Shown in pieces: positions 37,755 through 46,842 of a DNA stretch of 64,000 nt. Location of the stretch: IMG/VR virus record IMGVR_UViG_3300028654_000001, positions 186,001 to 250,000 of that record; one strand, 5' to 3'. The translations under genes and the position numbers were made by a program. The notes beneath the pieces were generated by a model that was not told the origin of the DNA, did no database searches, and worked only from the letters and a program-made list of their open reading frames with translations. Numbering within the stretch: the stretch's first letter is position 1; each line of letters begins with the position of its first letter.

Positions 37755-38290
37755 GTAGGATTTAGGATCGATCCTTCTGCAACAGCTTCAGTAGCCTCCA
37801 GAGCTTCCTTGGCTACCCCTCTAGATTTGATGGTAATTAAACCGGTGGCTGTACGGGTACCCGTTCTATGAACTCGATGCATCACCCCCTTGTGCACGTA
37901 AGTTCGTTCGGGTAGCATTCGAGTCCAAACCGCGATAAGTCTCTCTCCGAGCCCCCTGACGGTCAGGGTTGACCCTTTGAGGAGTTCTTGGTCAAGAGGT
38001 TCAATCCCAGGGCACTCGCCTTCTATGTCCTCCAGAGGTTCACCATTGAGTGCTTCCCCCAATGAGATTAACCCAACCTCAATGGTTGGATACTTACCAG
38101 ACGGTCCAGTTGGAGTTAGAACTAGAGCGATTCTTTTTCCTTCTGCTCGTACTTCCAGTGTAGATCCTTGTAGAATGGCCCTGTCAACGAGATCAACCTC
38201 TCGGTCAAGACGATCGAACCTAGAAGTTACCTGGCCTGTAGCAGGCTCGGTAACCTCAATGTCGTGGTCAAAACGGGTCATTTCAGGCAT
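37751..38290 (-). CDS. hypothetical protein with two N-terminal tag copies and an internal duplication
   Basis: TRFDH..SRFDR; LQGSTLEVR..RIAL / LKGSTLTVR..RLIA repeat. Confidence 0.7.
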   Translation of the reverse strand: MPEMTRFDHDIEVTEPATGQVTSRFDRLDREVDLVDRAILQGSTLEVRAEGKRIALVLTPTGPSGKYPTIEVGLISLGEALNGEPLEDIEGECPGIEPLDQELLKGSTLTVRGLGERLIAVWTRMLPERTYVHKGVMHRVHRTGTRTATGLITIKSRGVAKEALEATEAVAEGSILNPT

Positions 38291-38302
38291 TTTGGCTCAC
38301 TA

Positions 38303-38734
38303 ATGGCAACACCCTACTGCCCACAGCCGACGGATCAACCGGTGGACCCTAGCACACTACCGTGGATTCTGAACTTGAATGACATGAGATTCTCGCATGT
38401 TGAGGAGTTAGTATTTGTATGCTGGGCTAATACTATAGAAGAATTGAAGGAATTCGTCAATCGGGAAACCGTTGAGTACTACAAGGATGATAAGTGGGGG
38501 AAAACATTCAGAAAATACGGACCCATTGAGTGGTTTAATCGACCCTGGGACTATGATGAGAGCAAGCACTTTCTGCAAGTACCACCAACCTTAATTGCAT
38601 ACGGAGTCATGGAGTACCGAAACCCGATAGTTGTGAACCTCCCGAGTATCCAAGACCTGGTTTCTAGAGCTCAGTATGAAAACCCACAACCGGCTACGCG
38701 GCTCGAACGAATAGCCTTCAATATGGTGGAATAA
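38303..38734 (+). CDS. hypothetical protein with TRLER tag
   Basis: LNLNDMR..W.KTFRK.GP.EWFN.P; ends PATRLERIAFNMVE. Confidence 0.75.
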   Translation: MATPYCPQPTDQPVDPSTLPWILNLNDMRFSHVEELVFVCWANTIEELKEFVNRETVEYYKDDKWGKTFRKYGPIEWFNRPWDYDESKHFLQVPPTLIAYGVMEYRNPIVVNLPSIQDLVSRAQYENPQPATRLERIAFNMVE

Positions 38735-38735
38735 T

Positions 38736-39611
38736 ATGCCACTTCCAGATTGGGCTATCCTTGGATCCGTTATCTACCCACGGCCGCGTGATTCATATAT
38801 TAGAATCATAAGGGAATCTGGGGCTATCATAGTATATGCACTTCGAGAAGAGGTGCAGTTGAATCAGAACCATGTGGTATTCAGCGTAGACTCTGAAACT
38901 CTAGAGCATAACTGGATGCCACTTTCAGAAGCTGCACCCTTGTTTTCTGACTCAACTTATGGGCCAATGCCCTCCTGGTTTACAATTGGCTCGCGAATTA
39001 TTCAAAACCACAACAATCTGACTTACATAATCCTCTCTTTTGACCCTATCCGCTGGTCAATGACTGCAACATTAGAAGACGAAGTGAGTCCAACCAACTT
39101 CACGGTGACAAACTTCATTAGACATTGGAGACCCGCTAGCTCAATCACAGAGCAGAAACCCACTACGAATGTCACTAATATCGTTCAAGGTAGGGTTCAA
39201 GTTGCCCCAGATTGGTTGTATCCGGGGAAGTTCCTTAGAAGGAAAGTGAATCCAAATCACGTGTTTGTGGTCTCAAGCCTAGACCCAAGACGTTTCGTTG
39301 CAGTACTGACTAGACTGGATAGCCTAAGGCCGATGGTTCTTGGATCGATCTTTGAAGAAGCTGATTATTGCCGTATCGATGAACAGTTCACTCAAGTCGA
39401 CAGTACAGGGAGCCCAGCAGCTGAGTATACGTGCAAGAAGTGCGGTGAAACCGGCGAGAGAGACTACGACGCTGAGGAGAGACGAGCCAGCATCGACACT
39501 GTTAGGGCTTATACCTGCAAGAGGGGTCACACCTGGTACTTCGTGGCGGGTACCGATCAAGATGGTAAGCCAGCCAATCCAAGTAGATTTGAGCGTGATA
39601 TCGGCATTTAG
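38736..39611 (+). CDS. triple PxW-domain protein with Zn ribbon and SRFER tag
   Basis: LPDW/MPSW/APDW repeats, CKKC..CKRGH, ends PSRFERDIGI. Confidence 0.8.
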   Translation: MPLPDWAILGSVIYPRPRDSYIRIIRESGAIIVYALREEVQLNQNHVVFSVDSETLEHNWMPLSEAAPLFSDSTYGPMPSWFTIGSRIIQNHNNLTYIILSFDPIRWSMTATLEDEVSPTNFTVTNFIRHWRPASSITEQKPTTNVTNIVQGRVQVAPDWLYPGKFLRRKVNPNHVFVVSSLDPRRFVAVLTRLDSLRPMVLGSIFEEADYCRIDEQFTQVDSTGSPAAEYTCKKCGETGERDYDAEERRASIDTVRAYTCKRGHTWYFVAGTDQDGKPANPSRFERDIGI

Positions 39612-39653
39612 TAGTATTCTTTTTATAGTTTTGGTGTAGTGTTCACTGCCATT

Positions 39654-40838
39654 ATGCAAAAGAAGCCGATTGTGAAGTCCACACCGAACAAGAAACCTAG
39701 CTGGTGGAACGCCCTTAACCTAGAATCACTAGATAGGTACAGTGATATGGCCCGGATGGTCATAGATCACGCTGTAACATCCGGAAAAACGGTATTCTCT
39801 GGGAATTGTAAGGGCAACCTGGAAGATGCTGATCAGGAAGACGCTTTCGAAGCTTTCGTTCAGGCATTGGTAGACGGCATTCAGGGTTACGTCAGCTTCA
39901 CCCATGCTCCTCCATTCGGCCGTGGGGCACTTGAAACTTGGGTGCTATGGGAAGGTGGATCGATTACCATCAAAATGGGTCTTGACAAAAAGGTCATGGT
40001 CAGTGTTGTAGCCCTTGGTTCCGAGGATTATGCAAATATTGCAGGGATTCTTGGTGGGTACCTGATTCCAGATAATGTCCGTCAACCGGTATACTCCCTG
40101 GCTAACGGAAATAATGGGATCGAAATCATGGAAGTCGGTCTAGCAGGAGAGTATCTAGAACGAGAGAACTACGTGCAGGAAGTTCTCGACGGTTTCGAGT
40201 ACATCATTGAGGAGATCAGAAGAGAGAGTCCAATCGGTCGTCTATCCATTATCTATGGGGATCCTGGTAGCGGGAAAACATACTTGATTCGTGGAATTAT
40301 CAACGAAATTCCAGATGCTATCTTCGTCCTAGTACCCTGCCACCTCGTTGAAGACTTGGCTGGCCCTCAACTGGTACCTATGTTGATTAGGGCGAGAAGC
40401 TTAGCAGGTACCAATAACCCCATTGTCCTGATTATCGAAGACGCGGACAGGGCCCTAGTACCTAGAGAAGAAGGTTCCCTGGCGGCTATCTCCTCTTTGT
40501 TGAATGTATCGGATGGTATCCTTGGCCGTACCCTAAATCTCAGGGTAATCTGTACAACCAATGCAAAGTTGGAGGATATCGATCCAGCCTTAAAACGGGC
40601 AGGTCGTCTATCTGTACAACTCAACATCGGACTTCTACCACTTGAAAAGTGTCAGGAGATCTACAGTAGACTCATGGACGGAGCTGAAGCATTATTCAGC
40701 GAACCCTTACCACTAGCTGAGATCTACCGATTTGTGAGTACCGAAAAGTTCGCCGACTCCGACGAGGACACTGACGAGAGTGAGGACGATGATGACGAGG
40801 ACGATGATGACGAGGACGATGATGATGACGAGGAATAA
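39654..40838 (+). CDS. AAA+ ATPase with poly-Asp/Glu tail
   Basis: GDPGSGKT, IIEDAD, LLN.SDG, TTN, DPALKRAGR; GGTGTA upstream. Confidence 0.9.
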   Translation: MQKKPIVKSTPNKKPSWWNALNLESLDRYSDMARMVIDHAVTSGKTVFSGNCKGNLEDADQEDAFEAFVQALVDGIQGYVSFTHAPPFGRGALETWVLWEGGSITIKMGLDKKVMVSVVALGSEDYANIAGILGGYLIPDNVRQPVYSLANGNNGIEIMEVGLAGEYLERENYVQEVLDGFEYIIEEIRRESPIGRLSIIYGDPGSGKTYLIRGIINEIPDAIFVLVPCHLVEDLAGPQLVPMLIRARSLAGTNNPIVLIIEDADRALVPREEGSLAAISSLLNVSDGILGRTLNLRVICTTNAKLEDIDPALKRAGRLSVQLNIGLLPLEKCQEIYSRLMDGAEALFSEPLPLAEIYRFVSTEKFADSDEDTDESEDDDDEDDDDEDDDDDEE

Positions 40839-41138
40839 GTGGCCCCAAGGAAGATCACTGACCTAACCCTTCTGAACTCACTCCTTGATGCCGGAAAGTC
40901 TAGGCTAACCCAAGGCGAACTCAAGGCCTTCTCATCCATGTTGGAAGGCCTTGAAGGAGGCCAGTTCGTTAACCTATCCAAGGGCCAGCGCGAGTGGGTT
41001 GAGAAAAAGTATTACGAACTCGGAATGGATCGGGCGTACCTCAGCCAGGCCCCACCTATCCGTAAACCAGTCATTAGGTTCAAGACCACCACACCTATTT
41101 GGGAACAACCTAAACAATTGAGACCGCCTGGTAGGTAA
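40839..41138 (+). CDS. hypothetical protein
   Basis: LT..E..AF..M...LS..QR.W pattern. Confidence 0.7.
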   Translation: MAPRKITDLTLLNSLLDAGKSRLTQGELKAFSSMLEGLEGGQFVNLSKGQREWVEKKYYELGMDRAYLSQAPPIRKPVIRFKTTTPIWEQPKQLRPPGR

Positions 41139-41142
41139 GCCC

Positions 41143-41718
41143 GTGGGTTGTTCACTCCTCTTTAGAAGAGCAATACTAGTTGAGGTAGCCCCTTGGTTAC
41201 ACAGTAGTTGCCAGCTTGTGGTTGCTTATGGCGGTGGTCAAATCACTGTCCATAGGTATGACCCCTACAGCATGATTGAAGAGGATTCCAGGATAGTAGG
41301 GAGATCTATCAACCTCCCTATTCGTCACTACTACTACGTTGACACTACAGAACAGGGGTACTACTTCTATGTTGACATTCAGGGTAACATACTCGAGTTC
41401 GATAACTCAACGTTTTTTGACTTAGCTCGAATGAGCAATGACCCAAGTCTAGGGTATGGTCACGAACCGATAATAGGAGTCCTTAGATCAAACCCTGTTA
41501 GGCCAACGAGGTTCGAGCGAATCCTTAGAGAGAATGAAATCTGGGAAGATTACCGCCCCACCCCAAAGCCAATCCAAGAAACCAGGAAAACTGAAGTCAC
41601 TGAAGCTGATCTAGCAGCTATCTTCAACAAGCCCCAAAAGTTGATTGCAGATGCTCCTAAACCCATGGACATTGATATCCTCAAGTGCATGGAAGAGGTA
41701 TTAGGTAAGACCTCTTAG
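41143..41718 (+). CDS. hypothetical protein with internal TRFER tag
   Basis: PVRPTRFERILRE. Confidence 0.7.
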   Translation: MGCSLLFRRAILVEVAPWLHSSCQLVVAYGGGQITVHRYDPYSMIEEDSRIVGRSINLPIRHYYYVDTTEQGYYFYVDIQGNILEFDNSTFFDLARMSNDPSLGYGHEPIIGVLRSNPVRPTRFERILRENEIWEDYRPTPKPIQETRKTEVTEADLAAIFNKPQKLIADAPKPMDIDILKCMEEVLGKTS

Positions 41719-41734
41719 GTGTAATGAGGGTGCT

Positions 41735-42670
41735 ATGTTGTTCAGATTAGATAACCCACGCTTCATTATGAATGCGCAGGAATTTCCTGCGAATGTGGTT
41801 TTCTATTGCCTGGCTTACCAGGATTGCACAGGAGATCTGATTGTAAACTACACTGAACCGTCTACCTCCAGACGAGTAACTGACTCTATTACTCCAACTA
41901 GGAGTCTTCCTATATTCCCTGGGATGACCGTTCACGAGTATGTAGCCCCCTTCACTGACTTACATGACAATCTAGGAAGGCGCGGATCCACTATCGGATT
42001 CAACTTCGTGGCTCGGAGTTCATTCAGGGCCGCGGGGGCTAATTACGGTGTCAGAACCCTGGACATCATAATGATCTTCCCTGTCATTGGCGGGGGGATC
42101 ATCAGAATTCAAGCTGGTGGACAGGATTGGGATGTAGCCAACCCAACGTTTGACCCTCATGCTCCAGTACCGGGTCTTAGCACCCGATATGACGGCTCTG
42201 GAAGAATGGACGAATATGTCAGTGGGCCAGCTGGTATCGACAATCGAAGAGTCCCAGACGATGTCATGATTAATGCATACCAGAGGTCCCACCGCGGGTA
42301 TGTAGGGAACACAGATGAGATTGAACGTCGAAGGACTGCACGGTTGGCCAACTTTGACCTACAAGAGGTCACCGAAGAGCAACGGATACAAGAGGCTCAG
42401 ACTCCTCCACAAGAAGCTGGACCGCGGATAGCCTTGTCAGCTACCGAGATTCGAAGACAGGAACGGCTAGCTCAGATTCAGGCCGCTGAAGCTCGACAAT
42501 TAGGTCAGTTAGCAAACCCACTGACACCGGCGGTATCCGGACTGATACTCGGGAATGAACCACGCCCACAACGTGAAGTTAATCTAGTCATGCCGGTAGA
42601 ACGAGCTCCTAAGGCTCCCCCAAAGACTAGGCTCGAGAGAGCTGCAGCCGATGATGAAGATGAAGATTGA
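41735..42670 (+). CDS. hypothetical protein with TRLER tag
   Basis: Ends PPKTRLERAAADDEDED; GGTGTA 11 nt upstream. Confidence 0.8.
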   Translation: MLFRLDNPRFIMNAQEFPANVVFYCLAYQDCTGDLIVNYTEPSTSRRVTDSITPTRSLPIFPGMTVHEYVAPFTDLHDNLGRRGSTIGFNFVARSSFRAAGANYGVRTLDIIMIFPVIGGGIIRIQAGGQDWDVANPTFDPHAPVPGLSTRYDGSGRMDEYVSGPAGIDNRRVPDDVMINAYQRSHRGYVGNTDEIERRRTARLANFDLQEVTEEQRIQEAQTPPQEAGPRIALSATEIRRQERLAQIQAAEARQLGQLANPLTPAVSGLILGNEPRPQREVNLVMPVERAPKAPPKTRLERAAADDEDED

Positions 42671-42721
42671 TTGAATTCCATATTCGTGTTATCTGATTCA
42701 GTCTTTCCGGTGGAGTGAAAA

Positions 42722-43240
42722 ATGAGACTTCCAAGAGGGTTGTACCCACTACTAGCTGAAATCAGGATCACCATCCGACACATCATCGGGGTCAGCTTAC
42801 GTAAGATCTCAGACCTTCTCTTGTACGACTTAGAAACACCTTCTAAAGTCAATACCCAGCCTGAGGTTACCGTAGACACCGCTCCTGCTGAGGCTGGACC
42901 ACCCCCGACAAGGGTCAGGGATAGGAGCGGGTATGATCCCATGAATCATGGGGCAGTACCCTCAGCTCTCTACGGTGCACTGACCATCCTACGCCGACAT
43001 GGTCATGAAACATGCCTAACCGTCAATCAAATCCTTGAGGAAATAGAGGCTACTGATTCAACTCTTCGCAAGGGTTTGAAGGTAATGGAGGAAAAAGGCG
43101 TTATGGGGCATCGAGGTGCCCCAGCAGAGTTCTATATTCTAGATGAAGAGAAGGCTACTGCCTACCTCCAAGAGTTCGAAGAGCGTGGTGTACCTCTTTT
43201 CTTAAAGGATCCCAGGGAAGAGAACCTGGGCCTGCACTAA
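42722..43240 (+). CDS. putative winged-HTH protein
   Basis: LTVNQILEEI..TDSTLRKGLK.MEEKG.M..G. Confidence 0.6.
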   Translation: MRLPRGLYPLLAEIRITIRHIIGVSLRKISDLLLYDLETPSKVNTQPEVTVDTAPAEAGPPPTRVRDRSGYDPMNHGAVPSALYGALTILRRHGHETCLTVNQILEEIEATDSTLRKGLKVMEEKGVMGHRGAPAEFYILDEEKATAYLQEFEERGVPLFLKDPREENLGLH

Positions 43241-43245
43241 CTCTC

Positions 43246-43773
43246 TCAAGTCTGGTGAGGGTTTTCATCTTGGGTAACCCTCTCAAATATTGTAAAATGA
43301 ATCCTAGGGGCCTGTGGTCCCCTTAGGGTCAAAAGTTGATTAAGGCTTTCAGTTAGGTGGTTAATTCCATCTACTAGCCCTCTGCGCTCCTCATTATTAA
43401 CTATCAAACCCCTACGGATAACATCTTCAGCTTCTCTGAAAATGTTGACCGCCCTTAGGTTACTCTGCACTTCGATCACATTTCCGAGTAGGGCACTGTA
43501 GCTAGACCCAACATAAGCAGGAAGACACTCGATGTCACCTACACATTCTTTACACTCTTCATCACCCCTATTCTCAAAGTAATCAATGATTACTTGAGGG
43601 GTTGGAGCTTTCAAAGTCGAGTGGAAGTAGAGCTTCAAAAACTCGAATATTCTATAATCAGCCGGCCGATCCCACTCAATGTTTGAACTCAAAAGTTCCA
43701 GGATGTTCGCTATCAGGTCCTCTTGAGAGGGGCTCCCAAAGTCGATAACTGAACGGAGCGCTCTTCTTGGCAT
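43246..43773 (-). CDS. hypothetical helical protein with degenerate tag (TIFERV)
   Basis: GGTGTA 10 nt upstream; tentative resemblance to a phage helicase N-terminal region. Confidence 0.7.
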   Translation of the reverse strand: MPRRALRSVIDFGSPSQEDLIANILELLSSNIEWDRPADYRIFEFLKLYFHSTLKAPTPQVIIDYFENRGDEECKECVGDIECLPAYVGSSYSALLGNVIEVQSNLRAVNIFREAEDVIRRGLIVNNEERRGLVDGINHLTESLNQLLTLRGPQAPRIHFTIFERVTQDENPHQT

Positions 43774-43782
43774 AGAAAAGTA

Positions 43783-44343
43783 CTACACCAAAAATGGAAA
43801 GCGTACTCTAGCTTGCACTAACTTACGATATAGAGCTTCTTTACCAGGCATTGAGAACGGTAGCGTGGTGAATATCTTGTCGTCACCAGAGTCACCACCC
43901 CACAGTACCATCTCGTATGCGGCCCATTCAAATGGTCCAACAGCCACTGACTCTATGGGCTCTTCTGCGTAAGCTAGACACACATGAGGCTTGTAAGTTG
44001 GGTACTTCTTAGAGTACCCAACTTTTGCTTTATCCAAAGAACTGCATAGATCCTCTTGAAAACTCATTAACTCTGAGCTAACAACAGATCCAATGATTGG
44101 AACACCCTCATCGCCTTTCGGAAAGCAGATAACCTCTTCAATGAGTAGTTGAATAGGTTTGGTGCGAGCTGCCACTTCATAGGCCACTACAATAGCTTTT
44201 GAGATGTGATCAATAGGAACTTTACTGCCCAAGTGTACGCAGGTTATGTGTTTTTCGTCCCGAGGTACGGGCTCTCCAGGAACCTGAATCTGGCTCAGGA
44301 GACGCGATACTTCGTGAGGAACTTTAATCCCGATGAAGGCCAT
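43783..44343 (-). CDS. 2H phosphoesterase (LigT/Acb1-like)
   Basis: KHITC and YKPHVCLAY histidine motifs. Confidence 0.85.
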   Translation of the reverse strand: MAFIGIKVPHEVSRLLSQIQVPGEPVPRDEKHITCVHLGSKVPIDHISKAIVVAYEVAARTKPIQLLIEEVICFPKGDEGVPIIGSVVSSELMSFQEDLCSSLDKAKVGYSKKYPTYKPHVCLAYAEEPIESVAVGPFEWAAYEMVLWGGDSGDDKIFTTLPFSMPGKEALYRKLVQARVRFPFLV

Positions 44344-44402
44344 TCACTACCTCAACTTGATAAGAGGAATTTCTCACTCTAACTTCAGGTGTAATAAACG
44401 AC

Positions 44403-44951
44403 ATGTCAGAATCACAAGTAACTAAGATCCTTCAAAAACATTCAGTCTTACGAACAACCCCTGACAAGCCCTTCATACTAAAGTCTGGGAAGCAATCTCT
44501 TGTCTACGTCGACGTTAGAATCACTGCCCTCAGTCATGAAGGGATCTGGGTACTAGCCCCCTTCATCTATGAGTACGTAGTCCGGTTCCCAAACGTTGGT
44601 TTGGTAGCTGGTGTTGCCATTGGCGGATGCCCCTTGGCCACCGGAGTCTCAATGTACTCCTCCACTCGAGGACAGAACTTGAACGCGCTCTACGTGAGGC
44701 CTGAGGCCAAGGACCATGGAACCGGCAAGCTTGTCGAGGGATCCTTCAAACCCGGCGACGAGGTTATCCTTGTCGAGGATGTGGTCACCTCTGGAGGGTC
44801 CTCCGTGAAAGCTATCAAAGCACTTCAGGAAGCCGGACTTCAGGTCAAAGCGGTGGTGGCCGTTCTTGACAGAGAAGAGGGGGGCAGAGCTCTCATCGAA
44901 CCACTCTGTGAGTTTCACTCTCTTACAACTCTAATTCAATTAACGTCCTAA
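44403..44951 (+). CDS. pyrE: orotate phosphoribosyltransferase
   Basis: FILKSGKQS.VYVD, R..KDHG, VILVEDVVTSGGS, VLDR. Confidence 0.95.
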   Translation: MSESQVTKILQKHSVLRTTPDKPFILKSGKQSLVYVDVRITALSHEGIWVLAPFIYEYVVRFPNVGLVAGVAIGGCPLATGVSMYSSTRGQNLNALYVRPEAKDHGTGKLVEGSFKPGDEVILVEDVVTSGGSSVKAIKALQEAGLQVKAVVAVLDREEGGRALIEPLCEFHSLTTLIQLTS

Positions 44952-45002
44952 TGGATAACCTACCCTAGTGCACCAAGTAGCTAAACCTAGGGGGTCGCAC
45001 AC

Positions 45003-45050
45003 ATTTTTTTAGGGCCGATACATGGAAAGTTAGGTACCGGCCCTAAAAAT
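45003..45050. terminator. hairpin flanked by T and A tracts
   Basis: tttttagggccg...cggccctaaaaa. Confidence 0.6.
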
Positions 45051-45084
45051 AGCTGAGAATCAGGGTCCTCAAACGTAGTACTTT

Positions 45085-45306
45085 TTGAGGCACATGAGCT
45101 CAGAAAGTATCATAAGTTTCCGCGCAGTTAGACGAATAGCTAAGCTTTGGGGAGTCCCCCCTTACCGCGTGGATGTCAGAGTTGACCTGGCCAACTGTAG
45201 ATTGATGGCCACTCTCGATGGAAACCCTCCAGATCAAGAAAAGATATCTATATTAGAAAATGACGTCCTTGAATCCACTAGACAAATGAGAAAGTCGATG
45301 AACTAA
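45085..45306 (+). CDS. hypothetical protein
   Basis: Coupled to the next gene (TAATG). Confidence 0.6.
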   Translation: MRHMSSESIISFRAVRRIAKLWGVPPYRVDVRVDLANCRLMATLDGNPPDQEKISILENDVLESTRQMRKSMN

Positions 45307-45566
45307 TGCCCACGAAACCCTCTAAGGCTTTTCGAGTAGAAACCCGAGTTGACACGTTCGATGCCTCTTACCAGACATTTCGAGTCAAGTTAGGTATCCG
45401 TAATGCAGCAATAGAAGCCCTCCGAGAAGCCGTAGGCCCTACTACGATAACACCAGTGCTCGGTGGGTTCGAGATAGTTTGCAGAGGGGTATTAGAGATG
45501 TCGGACGATAATGAAAACTCTTTCCTGGAAGCTGCGCGTAGAGTAGCCTCCAAGTTTAGAAGGTGA
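45306..45566 (+). CDS. hypothetical protein
   Basis: Coupled to coaD; ends RRVASKFRR. Confidence 0.6.
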   Translation: MPTKPSKAFRVETRVDTFDASYQTFRVKLGIRNAAIEALREAVGPTTITPVLGGFEIVCRGVLEMSDDNENSFLEAARRVASKFRR

Positions 45567-46087
45567 GCACTATGCCAGAAAAGTCTGCTGAACTGTTGGA
45601 ATTTGATCCACATATCGCGGTTTACGCTGGCAGTTTTGATCCACCTACCAATGGGCACCAAGATCTCATCCTTAGGGCTAGTCGTCAATTCAGTACAGTT
45701 TACGTAGGTATTGGCATAAATTCGGCGAAGAAACCCTTCTTCATACCAGGAGACCGCAAACGGCTCCTCGAGATACTTTGCTCAGGACTAAGCAATGTGA
45801 AGGTAGACCTCTTCAATGGACTCCTAGTCAAGTACTGCGAGCAAGTTCGAGCTGGCGTTATTATCCGCGGGTTCAGGTCAGTCTCAGACTTTGAGGCTGA
45901 GTTAGCCATTGCACATGTAAATGCCCAACAACAACCTAGAATCGAAACCTTCTTCTTAGCTGCTAAGCCTGAGCATACCTTCATCTCTTCCTCCGTAGTC
46001 CGTGAGCTGGATAGACATGACGGGAATCTCGAGTACTATGTTCACCCTGAAGTGGCTCAAGCCATGAGGAAGAAGGCTAGTGGGTAA
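45563..46087 (+). CDS. coaD: phosphopantetheine adenylyltransferase
   Basis: AVYAGSFDPPTNGH, NSAKKP, IIRGFR..DF..E, ET.FL, FISSS.VRE. Confidence 0.93.
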   Translation: MSTMPEKSAELLEFDPHIAVYAGSFDPPTNGHQDLILRASRQFSTVYVGIGINSAKKPFFIPGDRKRLLEILCSGLSNVKVDLFNGLLVKYCEQVRAGVIIRGFRSVSDFEAELAIAHVNAQQQPRIETFFLAAKPEHTFISSSVVRELDRHDGNLEYYVHPEVAQAMRKKASG

Positions 46088-46382
46088 TAAGCCTCTGACT
46101 GAACGTGACTATGAGGTCCTTGGTGAACTCGTGCATCAGTCCAAGGACGGTGAGTGGTTGCGCCCAATGGATGTAGGTGGTTTTGACGGATCTCACCACT
46201 CAGCTACCCTGAACAATCTTGTCAGCCACGGTATGGCTGAACTAACGTGGTTCGGAAAACCTTGGCAGCCTCGCTTACACAAAAGGTACAGGGTAACCAA
46301 AAATGGAGAAGCTCTGTACCAAGAGTACAAGTTGAAGAAGCAAGCGGCTAGATCAGATCCTCTTCATCTAGTAAAGCGTTGA
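46080..46382 (+). CDS. putative winged-helix protein
   Basis: RPMDVGG...SHHS.TL..LV..G..YRVT..G. Confidence 0.65.
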   Translation: MGNKPLTERDYEVLGELVHQSKDGEWLRPMDVGGFDGSHHSATLNNLVSHGMAELTWFGKPWQPRLHKRYRVTKNGEALYQEYKLKKQAARSDPLHLVKR

Positions 46383-46842
46383 TTCTATCAAAGCGAGTGG
46401 GTTGAACACTTGGGTTAACCCCATTAAATAGTGGGGTTTGGGTTCCTAGATTAGAGAAAACCCATCGAACTGGAGTACTCGGGTTTACCAGGATAGAGGT
46501 GCCAAATACGATGAAAGTAACCTCAAAGTTTACCCTCAGGATCTCTAGAACGAGATTGTCCCAACCTTTACCCTCTTTAATTATGGTAAAGTCAAAGGCA
46601 AAGGCGGTCCCTCTTTTTGAGTCTAGATATGAACGAGCCTCATACTCACCTGGTGCATAGATTCTAATCGGTTTTGATTCCTTGATACCACTTACGCGCC
46701 ACTTGCGGGTGGGGTTGCGATCAACCCTGACGATAGATGGAGTCCAGGTCGGTTCAGGCCCTCTCCCTAATATGATCTGTGGAGTGTTCCACTTGATCTT
46801 ATCAACCCAGACATCTGGACGGGATAGGTCAATTTGAATCAA
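46348..46842 (-). CDS. hypothetical protein with TRFDR tag
   Basis: Ends QPTRFDRINALLDEEDLI. Confidence 0.75.
   Translation of the reverse strand: MIQIDLSRPDVWVDKIKWNTPQIILGRGPEPTWTPSIVRVDRNPTRKWRVSGIKESKPIRIYAPGEYEARSYLDSKRGTAFAFDFTIIKEGKGWDNLVLEILRVNFEVTFIVFGTSILVNPSTPVRWVFSNLGTQTPLFNGVNPSVQPTRFDRINALLDEEDLI

Noticed and set aside
40760-40835. GAGGACGATGATGAC tandem repeat as an independent element
   Set aside because: It simply encodes the poly-Asp/Glu tail of the AAA+ ATPase; the antisense poly-Ser ORF is a shadow.
42896-42925. GPPPTRVRDR as another tag copy
   Set aside because: It lacks the conserved F/L and acidic positions; not counted.
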